A stretch of DNA of 64,000 nt from Actinomycetes bacterium (GCA_035263405.1 DATFRI010000071.1:777-64776); one strand, 5' to 3'. Counted from the first letter of the stretch, positions 48,997 to 59,638 are shown. Notes: a model not told the origin generated them from the letters alone. Made by a program: numbers and translations.

Positions 48997-49042
48997 GCGA
49001 ATTGCCGGGGGGCCGCGGCGGGAGCCCTCCCCGGCAATTCGC
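48997..49042. promoter_or_regulatory. 14-bp perfect inverted repeat gcgaattgccgggg ... ccccggcaattcgc in the prpB–glycosyltransferase divergent region
   Basis: It is read directly from the sequence. The GAATTG/CAATTC core recurs a third time at 48875-48890 (cggcggcaatcggctc). Confidence 0.45.
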
Positions 49043-49322
49043 AGGCCCGCCGAGGGGCCGCCGCGCCACCCCGGCCGGCGCCCCCGACCGCGCCCGGCCC
49101 GCCATGACCTCGCGTTGCTTGCAGGTGCCCGCACCGGATCCACGCCGTTTCCCGTCCCCGGAAGCCCGTGATGTCCGAATCCGGTACCCAATTCAGCCGT
49201 GCTTCCCGGATGCGTTCCGGCGGGGCGATGGTTATGGTGGGGCGACTCGGGCAACCCCCGTCTCGCGCCCGGGCTGGTCGGCACAGGCCCTCGAGGCACA
49301 TGCCCGCAATGGGAGCGCAGCG

Positions 49323-50558
49323 TTGAACATCGGCATGATCTCAACTCGTTTCAACGGTCTGGACGGTGTGAGCCTGGAGTCGGCCAAGCTGGCCGACGTC
49401 CTCAAGGCGGCAGGGCACGAGGTGGCGTGGTTCGCGGGCGAGCTGGGCGAGCGGTTCAGCCCGGGGCGGGTCCACCCGCGCGCGCACTTCGCCACGGCGG
49501 CCAACCGGCGGCTCGAGGCGGCCTGCTTCGGCACCTTCACCCGCTCGCCCAAGATCACCGTCGCGCTGCGCGAGGCGACCGAGGAGCTGAAGGCCGCGCT
49601 GCGCTCCTTCCTGGAGGACTTCCGGATCGACGTCGCGGTCGCCCAGAACGTGCTCTGCCTGCCGATGCAGCTGCCGCTCGGGCTGGCGCTCACCGAGGTG
49701 CTGGCCGAGAGCGGGATGCCGGTGGTCGCCCACCACCACGACTTCGCCTGGGAGCGCGAGCGGTTCGCGGTCCACGCCGTGCCCGACATCCTCGCGGCCG
49801 CGTTCCCGCCGGTGCTGCACCGCATGCGCCACATGGTCATCCAGTCCAGCGCGGCCGAGGAGCTGCGCCGCCGCCGCGGCGTCCAGGCGACGCTGCTGCC
49901 CAACGTGATGGACTTCGCGCGCGGCCCGGCCCACGCCGGTGACGCCGCGCGCTTCCGCGCCTACGCGGGCCTGGACGACCGCGACGTCGTGCTGCTGCAG
50001 CCCACGCGCGTGGTGCCCCGCAAGGGCATCGAGATCACCCTGGACCTCGCCGGCGCGCTCGGCGACGACCGGGTGCGGGTGGTCGTCACCCACCCCGAGG
50101 GCGACGAGGGGCCCGAGTACGGCCGCTCGCTGCGCGAGCGCGCCGAGGGCCTCGGCGTCGACCTGCGCTTCGTGCCGACCCAGCACGGCTACCCCGAGTC
50201 GGCCGAGCAGGCGCTCGCTGACGCGTACGCCGCCGCCGACCTCGTCTGCTACCCCAGCCGCTTCGAGGGCTTCGGCAACGCGCTGCTGGAGGCGTTCTTC
50301 TACCGGCGCCCGGTGTTCGTCAACCGCTACTCGGTGTACGCCAGCGACATCGCCCCCACCGGCGTGCGCTGCATCGAGGTCGACGGCGCGCTCGACCCCG
50401 TGGCGCTGGACGAGGTGCAGCGCCTGCTGGCCGGCCCGGCCTCGTGGCGGGAGGCGATCGAGCTCAACTACGACATCGGCCGCCGCCACTTCTCCTACGA
50501 GACGATCCGCGAGCGCTTCCTGCCGCTCGTCGAGGAGGTCGCCGCCGTCCCCGCGTAG
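49323..50558 (+). CDS. GT4-family (group 1) glycosyltransferase
   Basis: The N-terminal stretch MISTRFNGLDGVSLESAKLADVLKAAGHEV fits the GT4 pattern, and a C-terminal E-x7-E-like region is present (FEGFGNALLEAF). The TTG at 49323 has a GGGAG Shine-Dalgarno 7 nt upstream. An ATG lies at 49335. Confidence 0.8.
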   Translation: MNIGMISTRFNGLDGVSLESAKLADVLKAAGHEVAWFAGELGERFSPGRVHPRAHFATAANRRLEAACFGTFTRSPKITVALREATEELKAALRSFLEDFRIDVAVAQNVLCLPMQLPLGLALTEVLAESGMPVVAHHHDFAWERERFAVHAVPDILAAAFPPVLHRMRHMVIQSSAAEELRRRRGVQATLLPNVMDFARGPAHAGDAARFRAYAGLDDRDVVLLQPTRVVPRKGIEITLDLAGALGDDRVRVVVTHPEGDEGPEYGRSLRERAEGLGVDLRFVPTQHGYPESAEQALADAYAAADLVCYPSRFEGFGNALLEAFFYRRPVFVNRYSVYASDIAPTGVRCIEVDGALDPVALDEVQRLLAGPASWREAIELNYDIGRRHFSYETIRERFLPLVEEVAAVPA

Positions 50559-50605
50559 CGCCCCGGCTGGCCCGTCCGGCCCGCCGCCCGCATCATCTCC
50601 TCACC

Positions 50606-50672
50606 GGAGGTGTCCGCGACGCCCTCCGACCGAGGGTGGACGCCCCCGAAGCAGGGCGTCGCGGACACCTCC
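50606..50672. repeat. palindromic intergenic element, copy B (19-bp perfect inverted repeat ggaggtgtccgcgacgccc / gggcgtcgcggacacctcc)
   Basis: A 28-nt loop separates the arms. The element sits between the glycosyltransferase stop and purK. It shares the GGTGTCCGCG...CGCCC core with copy A at 21459-21522. Confidence 0.65.
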
Positions 50673-50702
50673 ACCGGGCAGGCGGCGCGGTCGGAGGTGC
50701 GG

Positions 50703-51866
50703 GTGCGGGCGGGAGCGGGCGGGGGCACCCCCGGGCGGGTCGGGATGGTCGGCGCGGGGCAGCTCGCGCGCATGACCTACCAGGCGGCGGTGGACCTCGG
50801 GATCGAGCTGGAGGTCCTCGCCGCCGGGCGCCACGACCCGGCCGCGCAGGTCGCCGCGGGCGTCGCGCTCGGCGCCCCGACCGACGCCCGCGCGCTGACC
50901 GCGCTGGCCGACCGCTGCGACGTGCTCACCTTCGACCACGAGCTGGTCGACCTGGAGCTGCTCGGCAGGCTCGAGGCCGCCGGGCACGTGCTGCGCCCCT
51001 CGCCCGCGGCGCTCCTGGCCGCGGTCGACAAGCGGCACCAGCGCGCCCGGCTGGCGGCGGCCGGCCTGCCCGTCCCGGCGGCCCGCCCGGCCGGCGACGC
51101 CGCCGAGGTGGCGGCGTTCGCGGGCGAGCACGGCTGGCCGGTGGTGCTCAAGGCCGCGCGGGGCGGCTACGACGGCCGCGGGGTCTGGGTCGTGGACGGG
51201 CCGGCGCCGGCGGCGGCGCGGGTCGCCGCGGCGGGTGGGCGGGGGGTCCCGCTGCTGGTGGAGGCGTTCGTCCCCATCGAGCGGGAGGTCGCCGTGCTGG
51301 TCGCGCGCCGGCCGGGCGGGCAGGCGGTGGTCTGGGACGTGGTGGAGACCGTGCAGCAGGAGGGGATCTGCCGCGAGCTGCTGGCGCCCGCCCGGGTGCC
51401 CGGGCCGCTCGCCGCCCGGGCGCGCTCGCTCGGGACCCGGATCGCCGAGCTGCTCGGGGTGGTCGGGCTGCTCGCGGTGGAGCTGTTCGTCGCCGGTGAC
51501 GAGCTGCTGGTCAACGAGCTGGCCATGCGCCCGCACAACTCCGGGCACCACACCATCGAGGGCGCGGTGACCAGCCAGTTCGGCAACCACCTGCGGGCGG
51601 TCCTGGACCTGCCGCTCGGCTCCACGGCGGCGTCGGCGCCCGCGGCCGCGACCGTGAACGTGCTCGGCGGGCCCGACGGCGCCGACCCGCGCGACCGCCT
51701 GCGCCAGGCCCTGGCGGTCGACGGCGTCCGGGTGCACCTGTACGGCAAGGCGCCGCGGCCCGGCCGCAAGCTCGGCCACGTGACCGCCCTCGGCGGCGAG
51801 CTGGACGAGGCGCTGGCGCGCGCCCGCGCCGCGGCCGCCGCGCTGGTCGCGCCGGCGACGGCCTGA
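50703..51866 (+). CDS. purK: N5-carboxyaminoimidazole ribonucleotide synthase (ATP-grasp)
   Basis: The N-terminal motif GMVGAGQLARM and an ATP-grasp core are present. The GTG at 50703 is preceded by a GGAGGTG Shine-Dalgarno. An alternative ATG lies at 50745. Confidence 0.88.
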   Translation: MRAGAGGGTPGRVGMVGAGQLARMTYQAAVDLGIELEVLAAGRHDPAAQVAAGVALGAPTDARALTALADRCDVLTFDHELVDLELLGRLEAAGHVLRPSPAALLAAVDKRHQRARLAAAGLPVPAARPAGDAAEVAAFAGEHGWPVVLKAARGGYDGRGVWVVDGPAPAAARVAAAGGRGVPLLVEAFVPIEREVAVLVARRPGGQAVVWDVVETVQQEGICRELLAPARVPGPLAARARSLGTRIAELLGVVGLLAVELFVAGDELLVNELAMRPHNSGHHTIEGAVTSQFGNHLRAVLDLPLGSTAASAPAAATVNVLGGPDGADPRDRLRQALAVDGVRVHLYGKAPRPGRKLGHVTALGGELDEALARARAAAAALVAPATA

Positions 51867-52099
51867 TCGCACCCGCGCCGGCCGGAACGCGCCGGCCGCG
51901 CGCTTCTGCCAAGCCCGGTCTGTACGCGGCCCGCTTCGGCATGGATCATCTCCGGGTGACCCCAACGACGGGAGATCGGGGACATCGTGTCGATCCGACC
52001 TCGCGCGCCGCCGCCGCGCCGCCGCCACCACCGGTCAACAGCGCTGGCACCCGGGTGGCCGTCCGGCCCCCGTCTGCCCGCGAGGAGGGTTCGGGTCCC

Positions 52100-53617
52100 A
52101 TGCAGCGACGGCTTCTGCTGGCAGCGACGATCGGCATGCTGCTGGCGCTCACCGCGGCGGTTCCGGGTACGGCCGCCGTCCCGGTCGACTCGAGCGCACT
52201 GCGCAACGCCGTGACCGTCAAGGGGATGACCAAGCACCTGGAGGCGTTCCAGTCCTTCGCCGACGCCAGCGGCGGGACGCGCGTGGACGGCACCAGCGGG
52301 TTCGAGGACTCAGTCGACTACGTGGCCAAGAAGGCGCGCGGCGCCGGCTACAACGTGACCGTGCAGCGGTTCACCTTCGACCAGTGGGAGGAGACGGCCC
52401 CGCCGGCGTTCGCGCAGACCAGCCCGACCGCCAAGACCTACGCCGAAGGCGCCGATTTCCTGACGATGGAGTACTCCGGCAGCGGGGACGCCACCGCCAA
52501 GGTGCAGGCGACCAACGACATCATCATCCCGCCAACCCCCGACCCCTCGTCCACCAGCGGCTGCGAGGCGGCCGACTTCGCCGGCTTCACGCCGGGGAAC
52601 ATCGCCCTGGTCCAGCGCGGCACGTGCACCTTCCGCCAGAAGGCCGAGAACGCCAAGGCCGCCGGCGCCAGTGCCGTGATCATCTTCAACGAGGGCCAGG
52701 CAGGGCGCACCGAGGCGATCAGCGGCACCCTGAGCCCGCCGCTGTTCGACCGGCCGGTCCTCGGGGCCAGCTTCGCCATCGGCAGCGAGCTGTACGACCT
52801 GACCAAGACCAGCGGCGGGGTCAGTGTGCACATCGCCACCGCGACGCGGGTGTTCACCACCCCCTCGGCCAACGTCATCGCCGACACGCCGACCGGCCGC
52901 GCCGACCGCACCGTCGTGGTCGGGGCGCACCTGGACTCCGTCCCCGCCGGCCCCGGCATCAACGACAACGGCTCGGGCTCCGCGGCGATCCTGGAGACCG
53001 CGCTGCAGATCAAGAAGCTCGGCATCCAGCCGACCAACCGGGTGCGCTTCGCCTGGTGGGGCGGTGAGGAGTTCGGGCTGCTGGGCGCGGAGCACTACGT
53101 CTCCCACCTGTCCAAGGCCGAGCTGAAGGAGATCGACTCCAACCTGAACTTCGACATGCTCGCCTCGCCGAACTTCGTGCGCTTCGTCTACGACGGCGAC
53201 GGCTCGGCCACCGGCACCAAGGGCCCGACCGGCTCGGGGAACATCGAGAAGGTGTTCACCGACTACTTCGCGTCCCAGGGGCTGGCGACCGACCCGACCG
53301 CGTTCGACGGCCGCAGCGACTACGGCCCGTTCATCGACCGGGGCATCCCGGCCGGCGGGCTGTTCAGCGGCGCCGAGGGGATCAAGACCGCGGCGCAGGC
53401 CGCCGTCTACGGCGGCACCGCCGGCGAGGCCTACGACCACTGCTACCACCAGCCCTGCGACACGACCGGCAACATCAACAACACCTCGCTGGACCAGCTC
53501 GGGGACGGCGTCGCCGACGCCACCCTCCAGTTCGCGATGACCACGTCGTCGGTCAGCGGCACGAGCAGGTCCAGCTCCACGGTCGGCGACCACCAGGGGA
53601 ACGAGCTGCGCAAGTAG
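52100..53617 (+). CDS. secreted M28-family aminopeptidase with a PA domain
   Basis: It has a signal peptide [26 protein letters not shown], the M28 Zn ligands ([23 protein letters not shown]), and a PA-domain insert ([13 protein letters not shown]). A GAGGAGGG Shine-Dalgarno lies upstream. Confidence 0.85.
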   Translation: MQRRLLLAATIGMLLALTAAVPGTAAVPVDSSALRNAVTVKGMTKHLEAFQSFADASGGTRVDGTSGFEDSVDYVAKKARGAGYNVTVQRFTFDQWEETAPPAFAQTSPTAKTYAEGADFLTMEYSGSGDATAKVQATNDIIIPPTPDPSSTSGCEAADFAGFTPGNIALVQRGTCTFRQKAENAKAAGASAVIIFNEGQAGRTEAISGTLSPPLFDRPVLGASFAIGSELYDLTKTSGGVSVHIATATRVFTTPSANVIADTPTGRADRTVVVGAHLDSVPAGPGINDNGSGSAAILETALQIKKLGIQPTNRVRFAWWGGEEFGLLGAEHYVSHLSKAELKEIDSNLNFDMLASPNFVRFVYDGDGSATGTKGPTGSGNIEKVFTDYFASQGLATDPTAFDGRSDYGPFIDRGIPAGGLFSGAEGIKTAAQAAVYGGTAGEAYDHCYHQPCDTTGNINNTSLDQLGDGVADATLQFAMTTSSVSGTSRSSSTVGDHQGNELRK

Positions 53618-53645
53618 CCGCCGCCGGAGGCTCTGCAGGACCGGG

Positions 53646-53680
53646 CCGAGGGGCCGCCCCTCCGGGGCGCGGCCCCTCGG
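53646..53680. terminator. nested GC hairpin after the aminopeptidase gene (ccgaggggcc / ggcccctcgg, 10-bp perfect stem)
   Basis: It lies 29 nt after the stop codon. Confidence 0.4.
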
Positions 53681-53771
53681 CGCGCCTGCCGCGGCGGGCC
53701 GTGCGGCCCGGCGCCACGGGCCGGCCCCAGTGGTGCGATCATCCGCCCGGGCGCGAGCGGGAGGAGCGGCG

Positions 53772-54266
53772 GTGACGGTCGCGGTGGTGATGGGCAGCGA
53801 CTCGGACTACCCGGTGATGTCCGGCGCCGTCGAGGTGCTCGACGAGTTCGGGGTCCCCGCCGAGGTGCGGGTGGTGAGCGCGCACCGCACGCCGCACGAC
53901 ATGCTGGCGTTCGCGCGCGACGCCGCCGGGCGCGGGATCCGCGTGATCGTCGCCGGGGCCGGCGGCGCCGCGCACCTGCCGGGGATGCTGGCGTCCGCGA
54001 CGCCGCTGCCGGTGATCGGCGTGCCGGTGCCCCTGGCGCACCTGGACGGCCTGGACTCGCTGCTGTCGATCGTGCAGATGCCGGCGGGCGTGCCGGTCGC
54101 GACCGTCGGGGTCGCCGCGGCCCGCAACGCGGGGCTGCTGGCGGTCCGGATGCTGGCGCTCGCGGACCCGCGGCTGGCCGAGGCGGTCGCCGGCCACCAG
54201 GAGCGGCTGGCCGAGCAGGCGCGCGCCAAGGACGCCGCCCTGCGGACGCGGCGCGCGGGGGAGTGA
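53772..54266 (+). CDS. purE: N5-CAIR mutase
   Basis: The product [14 protein letters not shown]...[15 protein letters not shown] is present. A GGGAGGAG Shine-Dalgarno lies upstream. Confidence 0.92.
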   Translation: MTVAVVMGSDSDYPVMSGAVEVLDEFGVPAEVRVVSAHRTPHDMLAFARDAAGRGIRVIVAGAGGAAHLPGMLASATPLPVIGVPVPLAHLDGLDSLLSIVQMPAGVPVATVGVAAARNAGLLAVRMLALADPRLAEAVAGHQERLAEQARAKDAALRTRRAGE

Positions 54267-54424
54267 CCTGCCGCCGGCCGCCCGGCGAGCGGGGGATTGG
54301 CGCCGGGGGTGCGGACCGGGTACGATCGGCTGCCGGACGACCGCGTACGCCCGCGCGCCCGGCGCGTCGCGTCCGCACCGCCCGCAGTGCCACCACCGCA
54401 GTGCCCACCAGAGGAGCCCGGTAC

Positions 54425-54460
54425 GTGAGCAGGCAGCACCGAGTAGTCCTTCTTCGATAG
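54425..54460 (+). CDS. candidate ilvB leader peptide ([11 protein letters not shown])
   Basis: An 11-codon ORF with a GAGGAG Shine-Dalgarno 8 nt upstream, containing Val-Val-Leu-Leu. Its stop codon overlaps the first stem of the downstream structures. Confidence 0.4.
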   Translation: MSRQHRVVLLR

Positions 54461-54488
54461 CGCGGATCCCGCTCACCAGGATCCGCGC
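54460..54488 (+). promoter_or_regulatory. leader hairpin 1 (gcgcggatcc / ggatccgcgc, 10-bp perfect stem) of the ilvB attenuator
   Basis: It begins within the stop codon of the leader ORF. Confidence 0.45.
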
Positions 54489-54491
54489 GAA

Positions 54492-54525
54492 CCTCCTACG
54501 CCAGCCGACGGCCAGGAGGTTTTTT
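54492..54525 (+). terminator. intrinsic terminator / attenuator upstream of ilvB (cctcct...aggagg stem followed by TTTTTT)
   Basis: A 6-bp plus 3-bp stem followed by a run of six T's. This is the only hairpin-plus-U-run terminator noted in the window. It lies 47 nt before the ilvB start. Confidence 0.6.
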
Positions 54526-54572
54526 CGTGCAGGGGGATTCATGCCGCGCAACCCACCCTCAAGGGAGCCTTC

Positions 54573-56327
54573 GTGAAGGTCACCGGAGCACAGGCCCTGA
54601 TCAAAAGCTTGGAGCGCGAGGGCGTGGAGGTCGTCTTCGGGCTTCCCGGCGGCGCGATCCTGCCCGCCTACGACCCGATCCGGGACTCCTCCATCCGCCA
54701 CATCCTGGTCCGCCACGAGCAGGGCGCCGGGCACGCCGCGGAGGGCTACGCCTGGGCGACCGGGCGGGTCGGAGTGTGTATGGTGACCAGCGGCCCGGGC
54801 GCGACCAACCTGGTCACCGCGCTGTGCGACGCGCACATGGACTCCGTCCCCCTGGTCGCGATCACCGGCCAGGTGCCCTCCGCCGCGATCGGGACCGACG
54901 CGTTCCAGGAGGCCGACACCACCGGGATCACCATGCCGGTGACCAAGCACAACGAGCTGGTGCTCGACCCCGCGCGGATCCCGGCCGCGATCGCGGAGGC
55001 GTTCCACATCGCCCGCACCGGCCGGCCGGGCCCGGTCCTGGTCGACGTGCCCAAGGACGTGCTGCAGGCCAGCACCGAGTGGTCCTGGCCGGACGCCGTC
55101 GACCTGCCCGGCTACCGCCCCACCGTGCGGCCCAACGCCAAGCGCGTGCGCGAGGCGGCGGCGCTGCTGCGCGCCGCCAGGCGGCCGGTGCTGTACGTCG
55201 GCGGCGGCGTGATCAAGGCCGACGCCGCCGGCCCGCTGCGCGAGCTGGCCGAGCTGGCGCAGGCGCCGGTGACCACCACGCTCATGGCCCGCGGGGCCTT
55301 CCCCGACGACCACCCGCTGGCGCTCGGGATGCCGGGCATGCACGGGGGCTACGCGGCGGTCGCCGCGCTCCAGGAGGCCGACCTGCTGGTCGCGCTGGGC
55401 GCCCGCTTCGACGACCGGGTGACCGGCAAGCTGGACGCGTTCGCGCCCAAGGCCAGGATCGTCCACGCCGACATCGACCCGGCCGAGATCGGCAAGAACC
55501 GCGTCCCCGACGTGCCGATCGTCGGCGACGTCCGCCAGATCGCCCAGGCGCTGGTGGCCGCCTACCGGGAGGCGGTCGCGACGGACGGGCCGGGCGACAC
55601 CGCCGGGTGGCTGCGCGCCACAGCCCAGTGGAAGCAGCGCTTCCCCTTCCGCTACCAGCAGCAGCCGGGCGGCCCGCTGAAGCCCCAGCTGGTCGTCGAG
55701 CGCCTGTCCCACCTGACCGGCGGGGACGCCGTGGTGGTCGCCGGGGTCGGCCAGCACCAGATGTACGCGGCCCAGTTCTTCCGCTTCAACCGCCCCCGTT
55801 CGTGGATCAACTCGGGCGGGCTCGGGACGATGGGCTTCGCGGTCCCCGCCGCGATGGGCGCCAAGGTGGCGCGGCCGGAGGAGCTGGTGGTCGCGATCGA
55901 CGGCGACGGCTGCTTCCAGATGACCGCGCAGGAGCTGGCCACCTGCACCGTCGAGCGGATCCCGATCAAGGTGTTCATCCTCAACAACGCGCACCTGGGC
56001 ATGGTCCGCCAGTGGCAGGAGCTGTTCTACGACGAGCGCTACTCCGAGGTGGAGCTGGGCTGGAACGTCCCCGACTACGTGAAGCTCGCGGAGGCCTACG
56101 GCTGCGTCGGGCTGCGCTGCGACCGGGCCGAGGACGTCGACGCCACGATCGGCAAGGCGCTCGCGGTCGAGAGCGTGCCTGCGGTGGTGGACTTCCGGGT
56201 CGACTCGCACGAGGGGGTCTTCCCGATGATCCCCGCCGGCCGCGCCAACGACGAGATCATCCTCGGACCGGACTTCTCGCCCGAGGAGCAGGCGGCCGCG
56301 ACCAGGCGGGAGGTGAAGGGTCAGTGA
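54573..56327 (+). CDS. ilvB: acetolactate synthase large subunit
   Basis: TPP- and FAD-binding motifs are present ([16 protein letters not shown], the TPP GDG..Q...EL block). An AAGGGAG Shine-Dalgarno lies upstream. Confidence 0.97.
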   Translation: MKVTGAQALIKSLEREGVEVVFGLPGGAILPAYDPIRDSSIRHILVRHEQGAGHAAEGYAWATGRVGVCMVTSGPGATNLVTALCDAHMDSVPLVAITGQVPSAAIGTDAFQEADTTGITMPVTKHNELVLDPARIPAAIAEAFHIARTGRPGPVLVDVPKDVLQASTEWSWPDAVDLPGYRPTVRPNAKRVREAAALLRAARRPVLYVGGGVIKADAAGPLRELAELAQAPVTTTLMARGAFPDDHPLALGMPGMHGGYAAVAALQEADLLVALGARFDDRVTGKLDAFAPKARIVHADIDPAEIGKNRVPDVPIVGDVRQIAQALVAAYREAVATDGPGDTAGWLRATAQWKQRFPFRYQQQPGGPLKPQLVVERLSHLTGGDAVVVAGVGQHQMYAAQFFRFNRPRSWINSGGLGTMGFAVPAAMGAKVARPEELVVAIDGDGCFQMTAQELATCTVERIPIKVFILNNAHLGMVRQWQELFYDERYSEVELGWNVPDYVKLAEAYGCVGLRCDRAEDVDATIGKALAVESVPAVVDFRVDSHEGVFPMIPAGRANDEIILGPDFSPEEQAAATRREVKGQ

Positions 56328-56842
56328 GCCGGCACACGATCAGCGTCCTGGTCGCCAACAAGCCGGGGGTGCTCGCGCGCATCTCGGGGATGTTCAGCCG
56401 CCGGGGGTTCAACATCGACTCGCTCGCGGTCGGCCGCACCGACGACCCCGAGGTCAGCCGCATGACGATCGTGGTCGACCAGGCCGCCAGCCCCGAGCAG
56501 GTCGTCAAGCAGCTCAACAAGCTCATCCACGTGCTCAAGATCGTCGAGCACGAGCCCGGCAGCGCGGTCGAGCGCGAGCTGCTGCTGGTCAAGGTCAGGG
56601 CCGAGCCCGCGATCCGCTTCCAGGTGATCGAGCTGGCCGACGTCTACGAGGCCAAGATCGTCGACGTCACGCAGGACACGCTGACCATCCAGGCGGCCGG
56701 CAGCCCGCCCAAGATCTCCAGCCTGCTGGAGCTGCTCGCGCCCTACGGCATCAAGGAGCTCGCCCGCACCGGGTGCATCGCGCTCGGCCGCGGCAACCGC
56801 GCCATCTCCGAGCGGCAGGTGCGCGCGGTCCGCCCCGCCTGA
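56324..56842 (+). CDS. ilvN: acetolactate synthase small (regulatory) subunit
   Basis: ACT-domain N-terminus [28 protein letters not shown]. The GTG start overlaps the ilvB stop. Confidence 0.95.
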   Translation: MSRHTISVLVANKPGVLARISGMFSRRGFNIDSLAVGRTDDPEVSRMTIVVDQAASPEQVVKQLNKLIHVLKIVEHEPGSAVERELLLVKVRAEPAIRFQVIELADVYEAKIVDVTQDTLTIQAAGSPPKISSLLELLAPYGIKELARTGCIALGRGNRAISERQVRAVRPA

Positions 56843-56898
56843 CCCCGCCGCCCGCCAGTCCCGGCACCAGTCCCGGCACCAGTCAAGGAGACCGACCC

Positions 56899-57903
56899 AT
56901 GGCCACCGTCTACTACGACGACGACGCCGACCTCAGCCTCGTCCAGGGCCGCAAGATCGCCGTGCTCGGCTACGGCTCGCAGGGCCACGCGCACGCGCTC
57001 AGCCTCGCCGACTCCGGCTGCGAGGTCCGCGTCGGCCTCGCGGAGGGCTCGCGCTCGCGCGCCAGGGCCGAGGCCGCCGGTCTGACCGTCACCACGCCCG
57101 GCGACGCGGCCGCGTGGGCGGACCTGGTGATGATGCTGGTGCCCGACACTGTCCAGCGGCACCTCTACACGCGCGAGATCGCCCCCAACCTGCGCAGCGG
57201 CGACGCGCTGTTCTTCGCGCACGGCTTCAACATCCACTTCGGCTACATCACCCCGCCCGACGGCGTGGACGTGGCGATGGTCGCGCCCAAGGCCCCCGGC
57301 CACCTGGTGCGCCGCCAGTTCGAGCAGGGCCAGGGCACCCCGGTGCTGCTGGCCGTCGCGCAGGACGCCAGCGGCAAGGCCTGGGAGCTGGCCAGGTCCT
57401 ACGCACGCGGGATCGGCGGGACCAAGGCCGGCGCGATCGCGACCACCTTCGCCGAGGAGACCGAGACCGACCTGTTCGGCGAGCAGGCGGTGCTGTGCGG
57501 CGGGGTGTCCGCGCTCGTGCAGGCCGGGTTCGAGACCCTCACCGCGGCCGGCTACCAGCCCGAGATCGCCTACTTCGAGTGCCTGCACGAGCTGAAGCTG
57601 ATCGTCGACCTGATGTACGAGGGCGGCCTGACCTGGATGCGCCACTCGGTGTCCGACACCGCGGAGTACGGCGACTACACCCGCGGCCCGCGGGTGGTGG
57701 ACGAGCGCACCCGCGAGGAGATGCGCCGGATCCTCGCCGAGGTCCGGTCCGGCTCGTTCGCGCGCGAGTGGATCGCCGAGGACGACCAGGGGCGCCCGCG
57801 CTTCACCGCCGCCCGCGAAGCCGCCCGCACGCAGCCCATCGAGCGGGTCGGCAAGCCGCTGCGCGGCATGATGTCCTGGCTGCGTCGGCCGGAAGCCGAG
57901 TGA
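56899..57903 (+). CDS. ilvC: ketol-acid reductoisomerase
   Basis: The product [15 protein letters not shown] fits KARI. An AAGGAG Shine-Dalgarno lies upstream. Confidence 0.97.
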   Translation: MATVYYDDDADLSLVQGRKIAVLGYGSQGHAHALSLADSGCEVRVGLAEGSRSRARAEAAGLTVTTPGDAAAWADLVMMLVPDTVQRHLYTREIAPNLRSGDALFFAHGFNIHFGYITPPDGVDVAMVAPKAPGHLVRRQFEQGQGTPVLLAVAQDASGKAWELARSYARGIGGTKAGAIATTFAEETETDLFGEQAVLCGGVSALVQAGFETLTAAGYQPEIAYFECLHELKLIVDLMYEGGLTWMRHSVSDTAEYGDYTRGPRVVDERTREEMRRILAEVRSGSFAREWIAEDDQGRPRFTAAREAARTQPIERVGKPLRGMMSWLRRPEAE

Positions 57904-57991
57904 CCAGCAGGCACACGACCCGGGAGTGCGTGATGCGCGTGCGGCGATGCGACGGCCCGACCGGCGGACCCGAGCCCGGGGCGGACGCCTG

Positions 57992-59638
57992 ATGGCGAAG
58001 GTGCTCGTCGCCGAGCCGCTGGCGGAGGCCGGCATCCGGCTGCTCGCGTCCAGGCACGAGGTCGACGCCCGCGGCTCGATGACGCCCGAGCAGCTGCTCG
58101 AGGCGGTGCCGGGAGCGGACGCGCTGGTCGTGCGCTCGGCGACCCGGGTGACGGCCGAGGTCCTCGCCGCCGGCAGGCGGCTGCGCGTGGTCGGCCGCGC
58201 CGGCATCGGGCTGGACAACGTGGACGTCGCCACCGCCACGCGGCTGGGCGTCCTGGTGGTCAACGCGCCGCAGTCGAACGTGATCTCGGCCGCGGAGCAC
58301 ACCATCGCCCTGATCCTCGCGCAGGCCCGCAACGTCCCGCGGGCCGACGCCGCCCTGCGCGCCGGCCGCTGGGACCGCAACCGCTTCCAGGGCACCGAGC
58401 TGTACGGCAAGACGCTGGGGATCGTCGGGCTCGGCCGCATCGGCACGCTCGTCGCCCACCGGATGCTGGCGTTCGGCATGCGCCTGCTGGCCTTCGACCC
58501 CTACGTCAGCGCCGACCGCGCCGCGCAGATGGACGTCGAGCTGGTCGGCCTGGACGACCTGCTCGGGCGCGCCGACATCGTGACCGTGCACCTGCCCAAG
58601 ACGCCCGAGACGCTCGGCCTCATCGGCACCGCCGAGCTGGCGCGCATGAAGCGCGGCGCGCGGCTGGTCAACGTCGCGCGGGGCGGGATCGTCGACGAGC
58701 AGGCGCTGGCGAAGGCGGTCGAGAGCGGCCAGCTCGCGGGGGCGGCGGTCGACGTCTTCGCGCAGGAGCCGACGACTTCCAGCCCCCTGTTCGGGCTGGA
58801 CGACGTGGTGGTCACCCCGCATCTGGGCGCGTCGACCGCCGAGGCGCAGGACAAGGCGGGCGTGACCATCGCCGAGCAGGTCATGCTCGCGTTGGACGGG
58901 GAGTTCGTCCCCAATGCGGTGAACGTCGACGCCGGGCCGGTGGCCGACGCCCTGCGCCCGTTCCTGCCCCTGGCGGAGAAGCTCGGCCGGCTGTACACGG
59001 CGTTCGCGTCCGGGGGCGCGGCCGCCCAGCGGATGCTCGACGGCGACGGCGCGGGCGGCTGGACCGGCGGGCGGGTGACGGTCGAGTACCACGGCCAGGT
59101 CGCGGGGATGGACACGCGCGTGCTCACGCTCGCGGTGCTCAAGGGAATGTTCGACCCGGTGGTCTCCGAGCCGGTCACGTTCGTCAACGCCCCGCTGCTC
59201 GCCGCCGACCGCGGGCTGGAGGTCGCCGAGGTCCGCTCGACCACCAGCCGCGACTACGTGAACCTCGTGGTCCTCTCCGGCCAGGGCCCGCGCGGGCCGC
59301 TGCGCGTCGTCGGCACGACCGTCGGCCCGCGCGACGTCGAGCGGATCGTCTCGGTGAACGGGCTGGAGGTCGACATGGCACCCGCGGCGCACATGGCGTT
59401 CGTGTGGTACGAGGACCGGCCCGGCGTGATCGGCACGGTCGGCACCCTGCTCGGCGCCGCCGGCGTGAACATCGCGGGCATGCAGGTCGGGCGCCGCAGC
59501 CAGGGCGGCGAGGCGCTCATGACCATCACCGTCGACTCGAGGATCCCCCCGCCGGTGCTGCAGCGGATCATGGGGGAGATCGGCGCGCACGACGGCACGT
59601 TCGTGCACCTCCCCGTCGACGCGGGCGGGACCGCCTGA
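57992..59638 (+). CDS. serA: D-3-phosphoglycerate dehydrogenase (long form with ASB and ACT domains)
   Basis: It has the NAD-binding motif GLGRIG, the catalytic block His/Glu, and a C-terminal ACT domain. Confidence 0.95.
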   Translation: MAKVLVAEPLAEAGIRLLASRHEVDARGSMTPEQLLEAVPGADALVVRSATRVTAEVLAAGRRLRVVGRAGIGLDNVDVATATRLGVLVVNAPQSNVISAAEHTIALILAQARNVPRADAALRAGRWDRNRFQGTELYGKTLGIVGLGRIGTLVAHRMLAFGMRLLAFDPYVSADRAAQMDVELVGLDDLLGRADIVTVHLPKTPETLGLIGTAELARMKRGARLVNVARGGIVDEQALAKAVESGQLAGAAVDVFAQEPTTSSPLFGLDDVVVTPHLGASTAEAQDKAGVTIAEQVMLALDGEFVPNAVNVDAGPVADALRPFLPLAEKLGRLYTAFASGGAAAQRMLDGDGAGGWTGGRVTVEYHGQVAGMDTRVLTLAVLKGMFDPVVSEPVTFVNAPLLAADRGLEVAEVRSTTSRDYVNLVVLSGQGPRGPLRVVGTTVGPRDVERIVSVNGLEVDMAPAAHMAFVWYEDRPGVIGTVGTLLGAAGVNIAGMQVGRRSQGGEALMTITVDSRIPPPVLQRIMGEIGAHDGTFVHLPVDAGGTA

